A stretch of 64,000 nucleotides of DNA from assembly GCA_023213395.1 (NCBI GenBank), contig CM041465.1, positions 202,065,741 through 202,129,740 on the forward strand, in the 5' to 3' direction. This DNA comes from Cycas panzhihuaensis (lineage: Eukaryota > Plantae > Cycadophyta). The notes under the pieces were generated by a model. That model made no database searches. It was not told where the DNA came from and saw only the letters and a list, made by a program, of their open reading frames with translations. The first letter of the stretch is position 1, and every line of letters starts with the position of its first letter. Below are positions 1 to 13,100 of the stretch, in pieces. The position numbers were made by a program, and so were the translations under genes.

Positions 1-106
1 TCATCAGGCTTTTCATCATTTCGCTTTTGTTTTTTCATCTTGAATGGCATCCAGAATATTTAGCCATGTTGAACTTTGACAAGGTTCCTTGCCCAAATAT
101 TGCCAG

Positions 107-231
107 GAGTTGGAGCAAAGACATCAAGGAACTCCGTATTCCATCATATTCCTGCTGAGTCATCTGATATGCAAGAGATGCTAAGGGGAATGGGTTATAG
201 AGGTGATAGACCCAGTATCTGGGCAATCCAG
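107..231 (+). CDS. Internal exon of a plant LCM-family (leucine carboxyl methyltransferase-like) SAM-dependent methyltransferase, At4g02405-like
   Basis: AG acceptor 105-106 and GT donor 232-233. Translates (G)VGAKTSRNSVFHHIPAESSDMQEMLRGMGYRGDRPSIWAIQ, matching the family's GVGAKIP...GFNGNRPSIWAIQG segment as recalled. Phase fits the next exon. Confidence 0.8.
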
Positions 232-387
232 GTGATGACCATAAACTGTTAAAGGCCGTAAGTTTGAGTCTGATGGCCAATTCTAATAAATTATTAATCA
301 AAATATCTGCTTAACAAAGTAGTGGCAGGGAAAAGGTCGTTTTAAATAAGCAGTGACAAAAGAATGTCATTACCTACTATCATGCAG

Positions 388-516
388 GGCCTTTATTCAT
401 TGACACTGGCCAGACTTCAAGAAATTCTTTCCCATATTAGCAGCCTAGCAATGAAAGACAGTTTTTTGGTAGGCGAGATCCCTCTCACTTCCATCAAAGC
501 AGATGCTGGTGCAGAG
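388..516 (+). CDS. Next exon of the LCM-family methyltransferase
   Basis: TGCAG acceptor (AG 386-387), GTATGT donor at 517. 43 codons GLYSLTLARLQEILSHISSLAMKDSFLVGEIPLTSIKADAGAE, matching the recalled family motif MTLASFEEIL..VSSLAMKGC.FLGELP. Confidence 0.82.
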
Positions 517-600
517 GTATGTATTGTCGGTTTATTATTTCATCCTAAATCATTAACAGTGCTGATGGAAATTGCCTAAAGAAAATATTTGTGACTGCAG

Positions 601-774
601 GACGATGTCAGAAAATGGATGGAGAAGACTTTTAAAGGCAATGGGTTTTCAGTGCATATGATTACATATGAAGATGTTGCCAGGGACCTTGGTCGGAATC
701 TCTTGGCAGATGATGGTGAAGAATGTAAAGGTGTTCTTTTTGTAGCTCAGCAGCAACGCCTCTCAGATGATCAG
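601..774 (+). CDS. Next exon of the LCM-family methyltransferase (read-through would stop at 813)
   Basis: CTGCAG acceptor ending at 600. Translates DDVRKWMEKTFKGNGFSVHMITYEDVARDLG...VLFVAQQQRLSDDQ, matching recalled WMDKLFMSNGFRV...ILFVAEQLRFSDDQ. Similarity stops at DDQ (774), followed by GA rather than GT. Confidence 0.8.
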
Positions 775-1499
775 GAAGGACCTCTTCTTCCTTTTTTTTT
801 TTTTACCTCCTGAAGCCTGATATTTTAATATATTGTTTGCCTTAGATGACAATATTTGTTATTTTGACTGTAATTTGACCCCGTGTGTCTGAAATAATTG
901 ACAAGGAAAAAGTTGTGAGTGAGCCCTTCAATTCAGTTGATTTAAAAGTGAGCTTTATCTTGTCTTTCTTTCCTTTTTTTTCCTATTTTGAACTCCTATT
1001 CTATTAATAGCCAAATGTGCTTACATCTTAATAAGAACAGTAGAAGACTAGCCCAGTAAAACCTTTGTCTTAGAATCAAAATTTGAATCTCTATGACACA
1101 ATTTAGACGAGTTTGATAGAAATCATACTGTGCTAACTAAGCCTACCTATCAGATATCCACCCGCCTGCTCTTTATACGAAATGGAGCAAGAGAGTAATG
1201 TTGTGAACATAAATTTGGACTATTAGGGAGAATGCCATCTTCCTCATGATTGTCTATGAGGTGTCAGACTTGGTTATTTCTGTTTGCAATGGTGGTCTCT
1301 AACCCTTGTATGAGCTCTGGGATGTTGGAGGTGTCTTCTTCATCCTCCTAAGGATTTTTTTGGCAATAAACATATTTGCTCAGAGTATTATATAGACACT
1401 GTTTTTGGGACGTGTTCCTTCTTGAGACCATATTTAGGATAATCTTGTATCTATACAAAGATTGAGGTAGGGGAGATATCCATATGGGGAGGGACAGGC

Positions 1500-2300
1500 A
1501 TCCACACTTGGCCTTCTGTTTATCATGGGGCATTGATGGGGATCAACATGATTGATAGATGCAGATGTAGGCGTCCTACATACTGGTTCCCAAAGGTCTC
1601 CTCTCTGCTTCAATTAGTGGGGATATATAATGACCTTCCACCTTCCATTTGGCTCTGCTTAGATGCTCATAATCTCAATTGGTTCAAGGTTAATGAGGTG
1701 ATTAGGGATAAACTGTATTGAGTATACCTTCATGTCACTTAAATCTCTCCATGCAGAGCCCTTGGCTCAAAACTATCCTCCTACTTTGAACACTTTCTCC
1801 TAATAGTTGATGGTATCATTGTTCCTCTTGGATATGTGCACCTACAGTTGCCACATGATCTGAGATTTGCTGTGGGACAACTCAAGGTTTGCTCTCATTT
1901 GCTTCAAAGAGGGGTTGAACATTCTATCATGTGATATGGGTGCATTTTTAGGTTATGTTTCCTTCAGGCTGAGACACAATATAACACTTCATATTTCTTT
2001 ACCTAATTTGCTATGAGGTTATAGGCCAAGTAGATGGGTGGATGTAGTAGTTACTGCATTAGGGATAACACGCAATTCCTTGATATACATGATTAGGTGG
2101 GTGTGGGGAGTGTATACAAAGGCAAGATCATAATAAATGTTCTCAATAGGCAAGAATTCACTGGAGAGTGTTTCTGCAACAAACAAATAGTTGATATGAT
2201 GCTTTGGGAATAAATAAGCCCCTATAAGGACAAGGGCTTTAAGCTCATCTAGTCAATGATCAACACATATGCATGATATTTGGGACAAGCAATCCAGCCA
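1500..2300 (-). mobile_element. Possible very old Ty3/gypsy integrase/chromodomain relic
   Basis: The minus strand gives scattered, frameshifted pieces in the expected order: PLYTLPTP (cf. LQPLPIP), LFEAN (cf. SPFEA.YG), FKVED (cf. FKVGD), EPIEIM...WEP (chromodomain-like). Heavily decayed; boundaries approximate. Confidence 0.3.
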
Positions 2301-2387
2301 TACTTAGGTGAGTAACTCAATCCATGAAGAGCATTCTTGAGCTGCGGTACAAGGAATAATATCAACATTCTAGTCCAGAATGGGGCC

Positions 2388-2660
2388 ATGCTAGAATGGT
2401 GCATAGCATGTCATTGAGGATCACCAACAACATCCTATTTTGGATGGCGCATAGCATCTTGTGAAGGATTGCCATCAACATCCTGTTCTGGAATAGCACG
2501 CATCATCTGGTGAGGGATTACCAACAACATCATATTCTAGAATGTTGTACATCATCCTATGAAGGATCACTAGCAACATCTTGTTATGGAATGGCATATA
2601 GCATCCCATGAAGGGATGCTAACGACATTTTGTTCTAGGGTGGTGGACAACATTCACTAA
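2388..2660. repeat. Degenerate ~49-bp tandem repeat, ~5.5 copies
   Basis: Approximate unit AACATCCTGTTCTGGAATGGCGCATAGCATCCTGTGAAGGATCACC. Its ACAT core recurs at 2431, 2479, 2528, 2577 and 2626. Confidence 0.8.
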
Positions 2661-3699
2661 AGGTACACTAATGGCATTTGCTCAAAGTATGATTAAAATG
2701 GATTGGTTATTGTATAAGCAAGTTGTGAAGGATCCATGCTACTTGGCATTGATTATGAAAGACCGTGCAATCAAATTTCCAATACACATTCCGTTAGGAA
2801 TGCACCTATTGGGACAACTTGAAAAGAGCATTCTCAAGCGAATTTTGATGTCGAGTCAAACATTATACTAAGTGAATTTCTAAATGTAATAATAGATAAA
2901 GAGGAAACTTGTGTGAACTTATGATGCATACATTGCATTATGTGGTGAATATTGCTTGATGGTTTATTGTCATGACATTTTGCATTACATTCTATGAGAA
3001 TATTCCTTAATGAGCATCTTCTCATGAACATTTTGCATGTGCACATATGGGCATTAGACTGTTCCAAGAGCGACGCCAAATTACCAACTACCTAGAAAGG
3101 TCATGGGATAACCAATATGGCTAGTTTTTAATAAATGCTAGTTTGTTGCAAAATTTGTTAAATTGGAGATGGAGTCACCATAGTGTGAAGTAGTTGTTAT
3201 CAAGGTGCATGATCAAAACGTGGATAAACATGGCTGCTAGCATTATGATAGATTCTAAGTAAAACCAAGGTAGCCAAGGGACATTCAAATGTCATGAAAG
3301 GATCTTTTGAAGAAAGGCAAGCTAGAATCCCATCAAGAAAGAGCAGTTGGATGGGCTAGATGACAAGCATTACTTCATTACTTTTAAAGAAAAAGAAAAC
3401 ACCTAGATTGCGCAAAGGTAGGGGAAGGTCAACTGGAAAACCATTCAACAATATGGCCATGGACTAGGGCGAGGTTATTTCAAACATGAAGGAGAGTCAA
3501 AACAAAAATTAGGTAATCACATTGAACATAGAGGAGAGCTAGAACACCAATTGAATAACCACATTGACATTTGACAACACGTTGATTTGTAAAACAAGAC
3601 CCCCACCTAATTGGACTTGGAGGAACTACCCATAATCCAAGGTCAACTTCAAGATAATGTAATGGATTCAGAGAAGGAATTTAAGAGCTCAATAGTTAA

Positions 3700-5100
3700 A
3701 AGAGAAGATGACAAAAGATCTTGTAACGGGAGTAGAAAACTTCCTTATTAAATAACTATGGAACATACTGCTTTATGGTAGGTTGCCATCATTTGACAAG
3801 ATTGACCAGTTTCTAATCATTCATCCATTAGCAGTAAGGTTGCTTAGAGAAGAGATGACCAACTACTCAAAAACACCAAGACCAATGCATAAGAATCCAT
3901 TGATCAAGAAGATGGTGAATTCATTGACAAGCATAAGTGTCTTGGGATGCTTGCAAGTACATATCATTAATTGTAAAAATGATAATGACATGAATAATCA
4001 ATTTTTTGATGGTAGTGCTTAGTTCTATTTGGTATCTTTATTGATATGCACAATAGAGTTGATGAGATAGACAAACAAGTGTCATTTCCTACATATAGTA
4101 TGGGGGTAGCATTGACATTATATCAATCTATAGATGTGAGTAAGATATCCTAGGAGGAAATTAACAAGTGCTTCCTTGAAAGAGGTCGGAGGTTTCATAG
4201 CAATAAAGTAGTGAACCTGGCATTGTAAGAGACAAAGTAGTGGCAAGGAGAATCCATGCTCGATTATCAGATCAAAATAACGATATTGGCATAAAAGCTA
4301 AGCTTGATTAAGAGTCCAAGATTCCCTCATGTAAAGTTTCTTTATGAATGGATTGTTGTTTTAATACTAAAAGGGGTTGTGTCAGCACCCATTGGACAAC
4401 TTTTAGTGGTCAATGAACTTGGAGTTGAAATTTGAAGCTTAAATGAGCAATGAAGAAGGCACATCCTATGATGATATAACATGCCACCACTTGAGGTAGG
4501 AAATCTGTTAGTTACGAGCAAAGGAGCTGTCAAGAGTAGTGTTAGAAACTAGTAGTTATTTTAAGATTGAAGCAATACATGTCGAATTGTAAATAAAAAC
4601 CTTTGAAAGTGAAAGACCATTATGTCAAAAAGATGAGCAACAAGAGAGAACCAACATGAGAAATGCATAGGCCAGAAGTTGAAAAATGGTGCACTATATG
4701 TGAGGTAACAAGCCATGGTGTGAATGGGTGTTATTACACTAAGAGACATGATGCATCTTTAGGAAAAGGACAAGGGGATGTCCCATTTAAAAATTGTTTA
4801 CACATCAAAACTAATTTTTGAGGAGCTTGAAAAGAAGCAGCCTATTAGAAGACACATTTTTTTTCTTGGAGTTTGGCCATTGGTAGTCCTAATGCTTATA
4901 TGAGATAGTAGGAAATGCTAATAACTTAATATGCATGTGTAAAATTTCTAGCTTAGAAAACCATGATTCAAACATCTATATGCTAATTATCTAATCTAGC
5001 AACTTCACATTTGTGGTTCTAGATATTTTATCAAATTTTAGCTCATGAATTGTCATATTTGGAGTGATGCAAAGGGGAAGGCAAAAGCATCAAAGACCAA
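3700..5100 (+). mobile_element. Degenerate Ty3/gypsy gag relic
   Basis: CX2CX4HX4C knuckle CTICEVTSHGVNGC near 4690-4735, further broken knuckle-like pieces near 4935-5030, and purine-rich gag-like composition. No intact ORF. Confidence 0.35.
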
Positions 5101-5975
5101 CTATGTGAACCCTAAGAAAGAGGTTGATCAATTCATGGTAGCAAAGGAGACCTTAGAGGAAGCAACCAAGGAAACAAAGAAGAATATTGTTCCATGCTAG
5201 AGAAAAGCCTCAAAATTGACAAGAAAGGCTAAGAAGGGGGATGAGAAATCGATCTAGCAGCAAGTTAGCTTTGGAAACGCGAGCTTCACATATGCAAAAA
5301 TTATGAATTTTAATGGAGTAGTTTGACCTATTTGATTGTATCTAAATTAATGCATCTTGTCGCTAAGTATAAAAAGGCATTAACTGCACACTTGAAGGTT
5401 AGGTAAGACAACATGAAGGACCAAACTTTTGTGAAGAAAGAAGGGGTTAAATCTTACGATTTTTGTCTTAAAGGCTACAATCCATTTGTTTACAATAGGT
5501 TCACACAAGCAATAATAAGGCTATGTAGATAGGTGTATGAACCCATGCACTGTATGTATGACTAGGTGGAGGAGCAAGCAGTAGGTCGGTCAAGCTAGTA
5601 AGAGGTTGAGAAAACCAAAAAGAAGGTTATTTTAAGTATTTGATTGTAGGGGTACAACCTTAAACATCCTTGTGTATAGTTCCCCTCTTCAGTTGTTGTT
5701 TTGACTTGAAATTATGAGTAATTCTATGGTTGTTTTTGGTAATTTTATAGCAAACCTTTGTGGGTTATTAAATCCTAGTTTATTTCTAGACATTTTTATG
5801 ATAATGGCATGCTTATTTTGGCATTTTGCTTGATCTATATGCTAGAAATAGTAGCAAGATAAATTGTTGTCCACACTAAGTCACCAAATACACCCATTAG
5901 GTTGTTGCACCTGGTTTTGATATGGTCAAGATGTGGTGTTCCTAACCTAGAACTCAGGCCGATCTTATTACATAT

Positions 5976-8900
5976 TGTTAGAGTGGTATTAATAACCACT
6001 TACTGACTAATGTAAAGTGGTGTAATATTGCACGAATATTACTTGATGGAAATATGTAATATGTAAGCCGATAGATGTAAACTCGAATATTAAATATTTG
6101 CAGCACTTACGATCTATAAATATAGATCAAAGTCCATTGTAATATTACACTATAGGTTTGTGAAAATGTGATAATATTATTTCTATGGTGGGTTTTAACT
6201 GCCACGTTTTCCACATATATATTCTGCTGCGTACTACTTGTTCCTTTTGCTTGTTGTGTACACAAGCGATCCACTTGTCTGGTGTTTCTAACATGGTGTC
6301 AAAGCTCGTAGTAGTACACAACTGTAGGGTGAGTCACAGGGTGCAATAATTGTGTGCAGACCTCGTATTGCTTTCGTTATTTGCTTACTGGCGCTCGTTG
6401 ATGCTTGGAGTTGTGCAGAGAGCAAGTTTGGTCTTGTTGCCAGTTTGTTGGAATGTTGAAATACTCGTGGGCAATCAAGGAGAGAATCTGAGCAGTATTG
6501 ACCTTGAAGACATTGTAGAGATTGTAGGCACGGAGTGTCAAGCCTTGTGACCTATCTCAAAGGTATTTCTCTCATTTTCTTGTTGTCTCCCTTGCTCTGC
6601 AATCCTCCAATAGTTGTAATTGTTATAACTTGTATCCCCTGCTGCTATATTTTCATTCTGCACTTAGTTCAGTGTCCATTCTTTGTCTATAGAAATGCAT
6701 AAGCCTTTGGTTTGCTTTGAATAGTTCAAATGTCTTGAGGGAAGCCATATTTTCCTCTGTATTTGCCTCATCGCTAACAAATCCAAAGGTCTTTGACTAC
6801 TCGTCACTATCTCTTATCCCCCACTACTGTCTATATTATCTGCATCTCTAGAGTCAATTTTTTGGTGTGTATATTACAACGCATATATATTTTGCCACAA
6901 GTCGTGAATATATTGTCATGTTCGTAGCCGTATTGCAATCATAAATATATTCCACAACCTTAATATATTTTGCAACCCTTTATATATTATAGCCAATGTA
7001 AATATATTTCCTGAGCTGTGATACTCTGTTGTATACTGTATTCAAGATAGCCAACCGCAATATATCACATGCAGGCTTAGTATATTGATGGGAAAACGTA
7101 AATATAGTGCCCCCGTCATTTGTGCAGTTGCTCACCTCCATATGCAACCTATCATCATCTCACAGATGTATGAATATATATATTTGTAGCCGGATATATA
7201 TTCATCTCAGTCATGAATATTTTTTGTTCCACGTTTGGTCGAAAGTCGCCTTTGATATTTCAATTGATTTGTACCTTTATAAATGGGAGATTATATTATA
7301 ATATCATTGATATCAATTATTTGATTAAAGGTGTATAAAGAGACCTTTATTTAAATCGCCCTTTAATTTTGTTATATGGTTTGTCAACCTTATATTATAA
7401 GGTTTTTAGTGTGACTCATATAAGGATAATTGTGGCAAGAATGAATTGATATCTATCGATATTGAAGTGACTGGGCTAGAGTACATTGATGTGTGAGAGA
7501 GTAGTTTCATTGTTCTTTATTCATCAATAAAAGGGGCTACTTTGATGAACTCTGCATATAGTGTTTCTGGGTGATAATAGAGGTATTCACTACTTTGTTT
7601 ACATTGATTCAGAAGAGTGATATTTAATTGGCATTTGTTTGGTGATGAGAAGCTCTTGTTGCATGTGGTTACATGAGAGAGTTTATTTGGCAAGTGTTAT
7701 CAAGGCAGTGGAAGTTCATTAATTGATAAGAGGGCAAGGTGACTATTTGGTGATATGAGGCAATGAAGGGGCATGTTGTATGGAGATACTGAGCTATAGG
7801 GCAGAGCAAACTTTGTTGTTGGTTTTGATCATTGCATAATTATTATAGGTGTGGTTTATTTATTATAAAGTGGTGTTTTATTCAAGCTATATAAGTGATT
7901 TTACATTAGATATGTGTATAGTGAAGAGTTCAAAATTGCAATTTGTGGCCTGTTTGTATAAGTGGTTATCAATGTTGGTGGACCATTATAATTTGGGTGG
8001 TTGAACTGATGTTAGCATGAAGTATATTGCCTATTGGATGTTGGTTCAACGTGTATGCATATTTGAACAAGTTTGATGTAAAATTGATAGTGTGTTTGTG
8101 ATGAAAATTGAAGTGTGAATGGAAAGGTGTATGATGAGAAGCCTTAAAATCAGTCCTGCCTTTGTCACGGTATAAAACGAGAGTTGGTTGCACCATGTAC
8201 CCCAGTAAGTTTATGTTGCATAGTACCATGAAGTAGATGCGAAGGTGTTTGGTGCATGTTAAGAGTTTACCTCCCATGTTTTGTGGCAGAAGCTGTTGTG
8301 ACAGTTATTTAGCAAGTACCTATTGAGGCTATTCATGGCATATCCCCTGTGTTGTGTTGGACCAGTCAGAAACCTTCCATTGGATCTTGAGGTGCATTGG
8401 AGTGCATACATCTCAGACAAAGATCACAACAGCAAGATTGCAAGAGTTTGAAGTCTATTGGGTTTGAAACAAAGCTTACAAACTGTGTGATCTACAGGGG
8501 GAAAGCACTGTTATTAGTCTAGATGTCAATTTGAAGAGTTATTGACGTATCATCATGAAGTGTCATCTGAATATAGGTTTTATCCTTCATTCCTTCCCTT
8601 TCCGAGCTGCGGTTCAACAGGTGTAGAGGTTTGTGTACCTAATATTGTGTTTGAGATAGAAGCAGGACCTAGTGGAAGTGATGATGAGGAGCTATTACAA
8701 GAAGAGGCACAGATTACAAAACCGTGTCTCATTATGTGCTAGGAGGGCCATTGAAGACTCTAGTGTGACGGTTAAAGACCTAAAGGATGAAGAATAAGGA
8801 TCAACATGCCAATCAGACTTGTGATAGACACCAACTTTCCAATGAGTGGAAATTTGCAATGGAGAGTTGCAATGATGCAGGAGTGATACATGTGGGATAC

Positions 8901-9796
8901 AGGTCCCTTACATCCCTTAAAGAACTTGGTTAGTCTGCAAGTTGGCAAAGCTTGTTGTGCAGGATTACAAGAAGAAGGAATCGGGTATGAGGGGACAATT
9001 GCACTAGTCTCTATGTTGTTTTCAGTCTGATTGATCCTTACTTTGGCAGCTACATATAGTTGGGAGTAACATCATGTTAGCATTCCTTAACAGAGACTTG
9101 AAGAGGAGATTCACATGGTTCAACCCCTTGGTTTAGTCAAGGAAACAGGTTGAGAATTATGGACTAAGTGTCGATGTGAGAGGAACTATATGGTTGCAGG
9201 GACTGTTGGAGTCATTTGCAAAGAATCAGGCACATACAAGGCAAAGCACTATTACATCTAAGAGCAAATCAGATTAGGGAAGGTGTAGATTGAGTTTTGT
9301 CCAAGTGAAAATCAACTTGGGGACGTGTTCACAAGCTCTTACTGAAGATTGCTTCATTAACGTTCGTGTAAATTTAGGATTCAAAGAGGTTATCCTTGAG
9401 GGGGGATCTATTGACAAGGATAAAGAGATATAGAAATTCCCAGGAAGACTTTAAGACCCCACATTTACATTAAGAGGGGATGTTAGAGTGGTATTAATAA
9501 CCACATACCGACTAATGTAAAGTGGTGTAATATTGCACAAATATTAATTGATGTAAATATGTAATATGTGAGCTAATGGATGTAAACTCGAATATTAAAT
9601 ATTTGAGGCACTTATGATCTATAAATATAAATCAATGTCCATTGTAATGTTACATAATGGATTTGTAAAAATGTGATAATAATATTTCTGTGGTGGGTTT
9701 TAACTGCTAGGTTTCTCACATATATATTCTGTTGCATACTACTCGTTCCTTTTTCTTGTTGCATACACAAATGATCTGCTTGTCTGGTCTTTAACA
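5976..9796 (+). mobile_element. E1: internally deleted, degenerate Ty1/copia LTR retrotransposon
   Basis: LTRs 5976-6293 and 9481-9796 (TGTTAG...AACA). Met-type PBS TGGTGTCAAAGC 6294-6305. PPT TAAGAGGGGA before 9481. TSD CATAT/CAAAT. RT remnant AFLNRDLKEEIHMVQPLG (~9080-9130) and RNase H remnant NQLGDVFT (~9310). Confidence 0.88.
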
Positions 9797-9925
9797 CAAA
9801 TTCTGGCCATCTTATATTAGTTATCCTGATTGACTTTAGTACATATTCTGGCCAACTTAGATTAGTTATTTTGGTCGACTTTATTGCATATTTTGGCCAA
9901 CTTATATTAGTTGTTCTAGCCAATT
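9797..9925. repeat. ~45-bp tandem repeat interrupted by E1
   Basis: Unit CATATTCTGGCCAACTTAGATTAGTTATTTTGGTCGACTTTATTG, ~3 copies. A partial unit (GGCCGATCTTATTACATAT) lies just left of E1 at 5957-5975. Confidence 0.7.
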
Positions 9926-10110
9926 GTATTCATTACTCTAGCTGAACTTAATTAATCTTTCTAGTCGACTTCCTTAATAGGAACTCGGCCTCCTATATAT
10001 AGGACCTTTTGACCTAGGATTTTGGCATCAATTTGGGCTCTACATCTGCCATATTTTTAGACTTAAGGAGCTGATTTTGGGAGGACACTTGGCCTTGAAA
10101 AGGAAGCTAG

Positions 10111-13100
10111 TGTCAGAACACTCAATGAATCTATAAAAACAATGCTTCAATGCATTAATGATAAGAGAGAAACTCTTGTATAAATACATCATGTGTACAT
10201 AAAAAGGCCAGTGTATGTAGGCCAAGTGCTAATAATATATTAAAGAGGGGTTGGACACATAACCCTTAATTTTACCTTAGAGAACTTCAGAAAACAAAAG
10301 ATAGAACATTATTTCTCTAACACCCTCTCTTAATGTTTTATCTTTTGTCTTCAACACCAAGAAGATGCCTGAGATCTTGAAATTTATTTTTTAGAAGTGC
10401 TTTTGTGATAATATCAACTAGTTGTTCTTCGCTACTACAATATAACATATCTATCTTTTTGGTTTGTCTTTTTTCTTTGATGAAATGATGGTGAACTTCA
10501 ATATGCTTTCTTTTAGCATGGAACACTGGATTCTTTGTTAGTTTGATAACACTTTAATCCATATTGCTTCACATGTGGCACTGATAGCTGCCTTGTATTC
10601 TACTTTGGTGGATGTCAAAGCCATTGTGGACTATTTCTTACAAGATATAACTGCAAATCCAAGTGAGAAGCAATATCCTATGGTGGACTTTCTTTCTTGT
10701 TTATCTCCTGCCCAATCTTAGTCATTGTAGCTGACTAACTAAAGATTTGAAACTTGAGTATAGTTAAGACCCATTGTTTGGGTTCCTTTAATTTATCTGA
10801 GAATTCTTTTAGTAGCATTCCAACGAGACAATTTTGGATGCTACATATATCTAGAGACAACTCCAACTGAGTATGAAATATCTGGCCTTGTATCCGTGAG
10901 GTAGATAAGACTACCTATTAACTGTCTGTATAGTGTTCCATCCACTTATTGTCCATCATCATTAACATTCAAAATGCATCTGATTTCCATTGGAGTGGCG
11001 CATCTATTACAATCCTCCATTCTGAATTTTTGGAGGAGCTTTTTGACATATTTTGCCTGGGATATGAAAGTAGAATCCTTGTGTTGACTAACTTCAATGC
11101 CTGGATAATAATGAAGCAATCCCATATCTATCATTTCAAATTGATTTTCCATCTATAGCTTGACTTTGTAGATTGTATTATTATTATTTCCTGTACCTAT
11201 CATGTCATCTACATAAACTGCGATGATAGTCATTAAATTGTCTTTATTTGTTTTAATATAAAGACTAGAGTCTAAGTCACATTTGCAAAAACCCATTTGT
11301 TGTAGATGTTAATCTAACTTTGAATACCATGTTCTGGCTGCCTATTTTAGTCTATACCAGGTCTTTTTTAATTTGTAGATAAGATGTTTTACACCCTTTT
11401 TCACATACCTTATTGGTTGTTGCATGTAGACATCCTCAGTCAAATCACCATTCAAGAAGGCACTTTTGACATCAAGTTGTATGGTGTTCCATTTGAATTG
11501 GGTTACCATGGCTATGATTGTTCGCACAATAATTAATTTGGCTGCTGGTGAAAAGGTTTCCTCATAATCAATACCTTCTGTTTGAGTATAATCTTTTGCA
11601 ACTAGTCTTGCCTTGTATCTTTGAACTGTACCATCAAAATTTTCTTTTATTTTATATATCCACTCACAACCAACAATGGGTTTGTCTACAAGAGCATCCA
11701 CTAATTCCTAGGTCTTATTCTTTCTGATGACATTGATTTCTATATCCATTGCTTTTTTCCATTTTGTATGATCACATGCTTCTGAATAATTTTGTGGTTC
11801 AACGGAGCACATTAAACTTTGATGTCTCTATGACTTAGTTCTTTGCTCAAATACATTATCTCTTGATTCTTCAAGAGTTTTGATGTACCACTTGGGTAAC
11901 CTTTTTTACGGTTCCTAACTGCTTCTTTGAGAAGAGTTTTGTTCTTCTTCAGGAAGGTTTTTCTCTTTCTTGGACAGTTGATGTTGTTTTGGGATTCTTT
12001 GCTCATTTTCTTCCTGAAGCTCACTATCTAATGTATCTTTTTCTGTGCTAGTGACTTCAGAGATCTCTTCAATTGGTACATGTACCTGTGTATCTCCTTC
12101 AATTTGTCTATGCACTATCTTTTCTTTTTTATTTAACTATTCATTAAAAGTCACATCTCTACTAACATAGATCCTATTTGTTTTTGGATCTATACATCTA
12201 TATGCTTTAAATTTGTTACTATATCCAACCATAATGCATTTAATGCTTTTATCATTTAGTTTGGTTCTCTTCTTGTGAGGAATGTGAACATAAGTTTTAT
12301 TACCAAAGATTTTAAGGTGACTTACAATTGGCTTTCTCCTGGTCTAGGCTTCTTCAGAAGTTACCTTATCCAGAACTTGTGTAGGGCTCCTGCTGATGAG
12401 GTATACTACTGTGTTGATTGCTTCAGCCCAATATGTTTTTGTTATTGCCTTTTCACTTATCATGCTTCCTGCCATTTCCATTATTGTCTTGTTCATACGT
12501 TTGACTACATTCGATTTTGGTGTATATGGAGTAGTTACCTATTTCTATATCCCATTCATTTTACAAAAATGACAGAAGTCATTTGATATGTATTCTCCTC
12601 CTCTGTTAGATTAGAGATTTTTTATTTTGCATTCACTTTCCAACTCAACTTGTCCCCTGAACTCTTTGAAGTAATCTAAAACTTCTAATTTACTAAAAAG
12701 AAAATTGACTCACATTTTTTTGGAGAAATCAACAATGAAGGTGAGAAAGTACCTTGCTCCATTTATTGAGTTTGGTGTTATTAGCCCACATAAATCAGTA
12801 TGAATTAATTCTAATTTTTTGTGTGCTTTCCATGTGCTTTTCTGGAGAGGAACTCCATGTTGTTTGCTTATCATACAACTTTTGCATACAAAGTCTTCAA
12901 AAGACATTTCAGGAAGACCATCCACCATATTAAAATTCTTTAATAAATCTAATTGTCTGTTTGCAATGTGTCCATACTTAGAATGCATTATTTCATTTAT
13001 GGGGCTGTTAATAGCAAGAGACTTTACAAAATGAACAAGCAGAACAGGAGTGGAAATTAGTTTATAGTGGTTATCAATTTCCACTCCTTTTGTAATTATA

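Noticed and set aside
12275-12586. Short ORFs antisense to gag-pol regions (many throughout the window)
   Set aside because: Shadow frames of retrotransposon coding sequence with no recognisable motifs.
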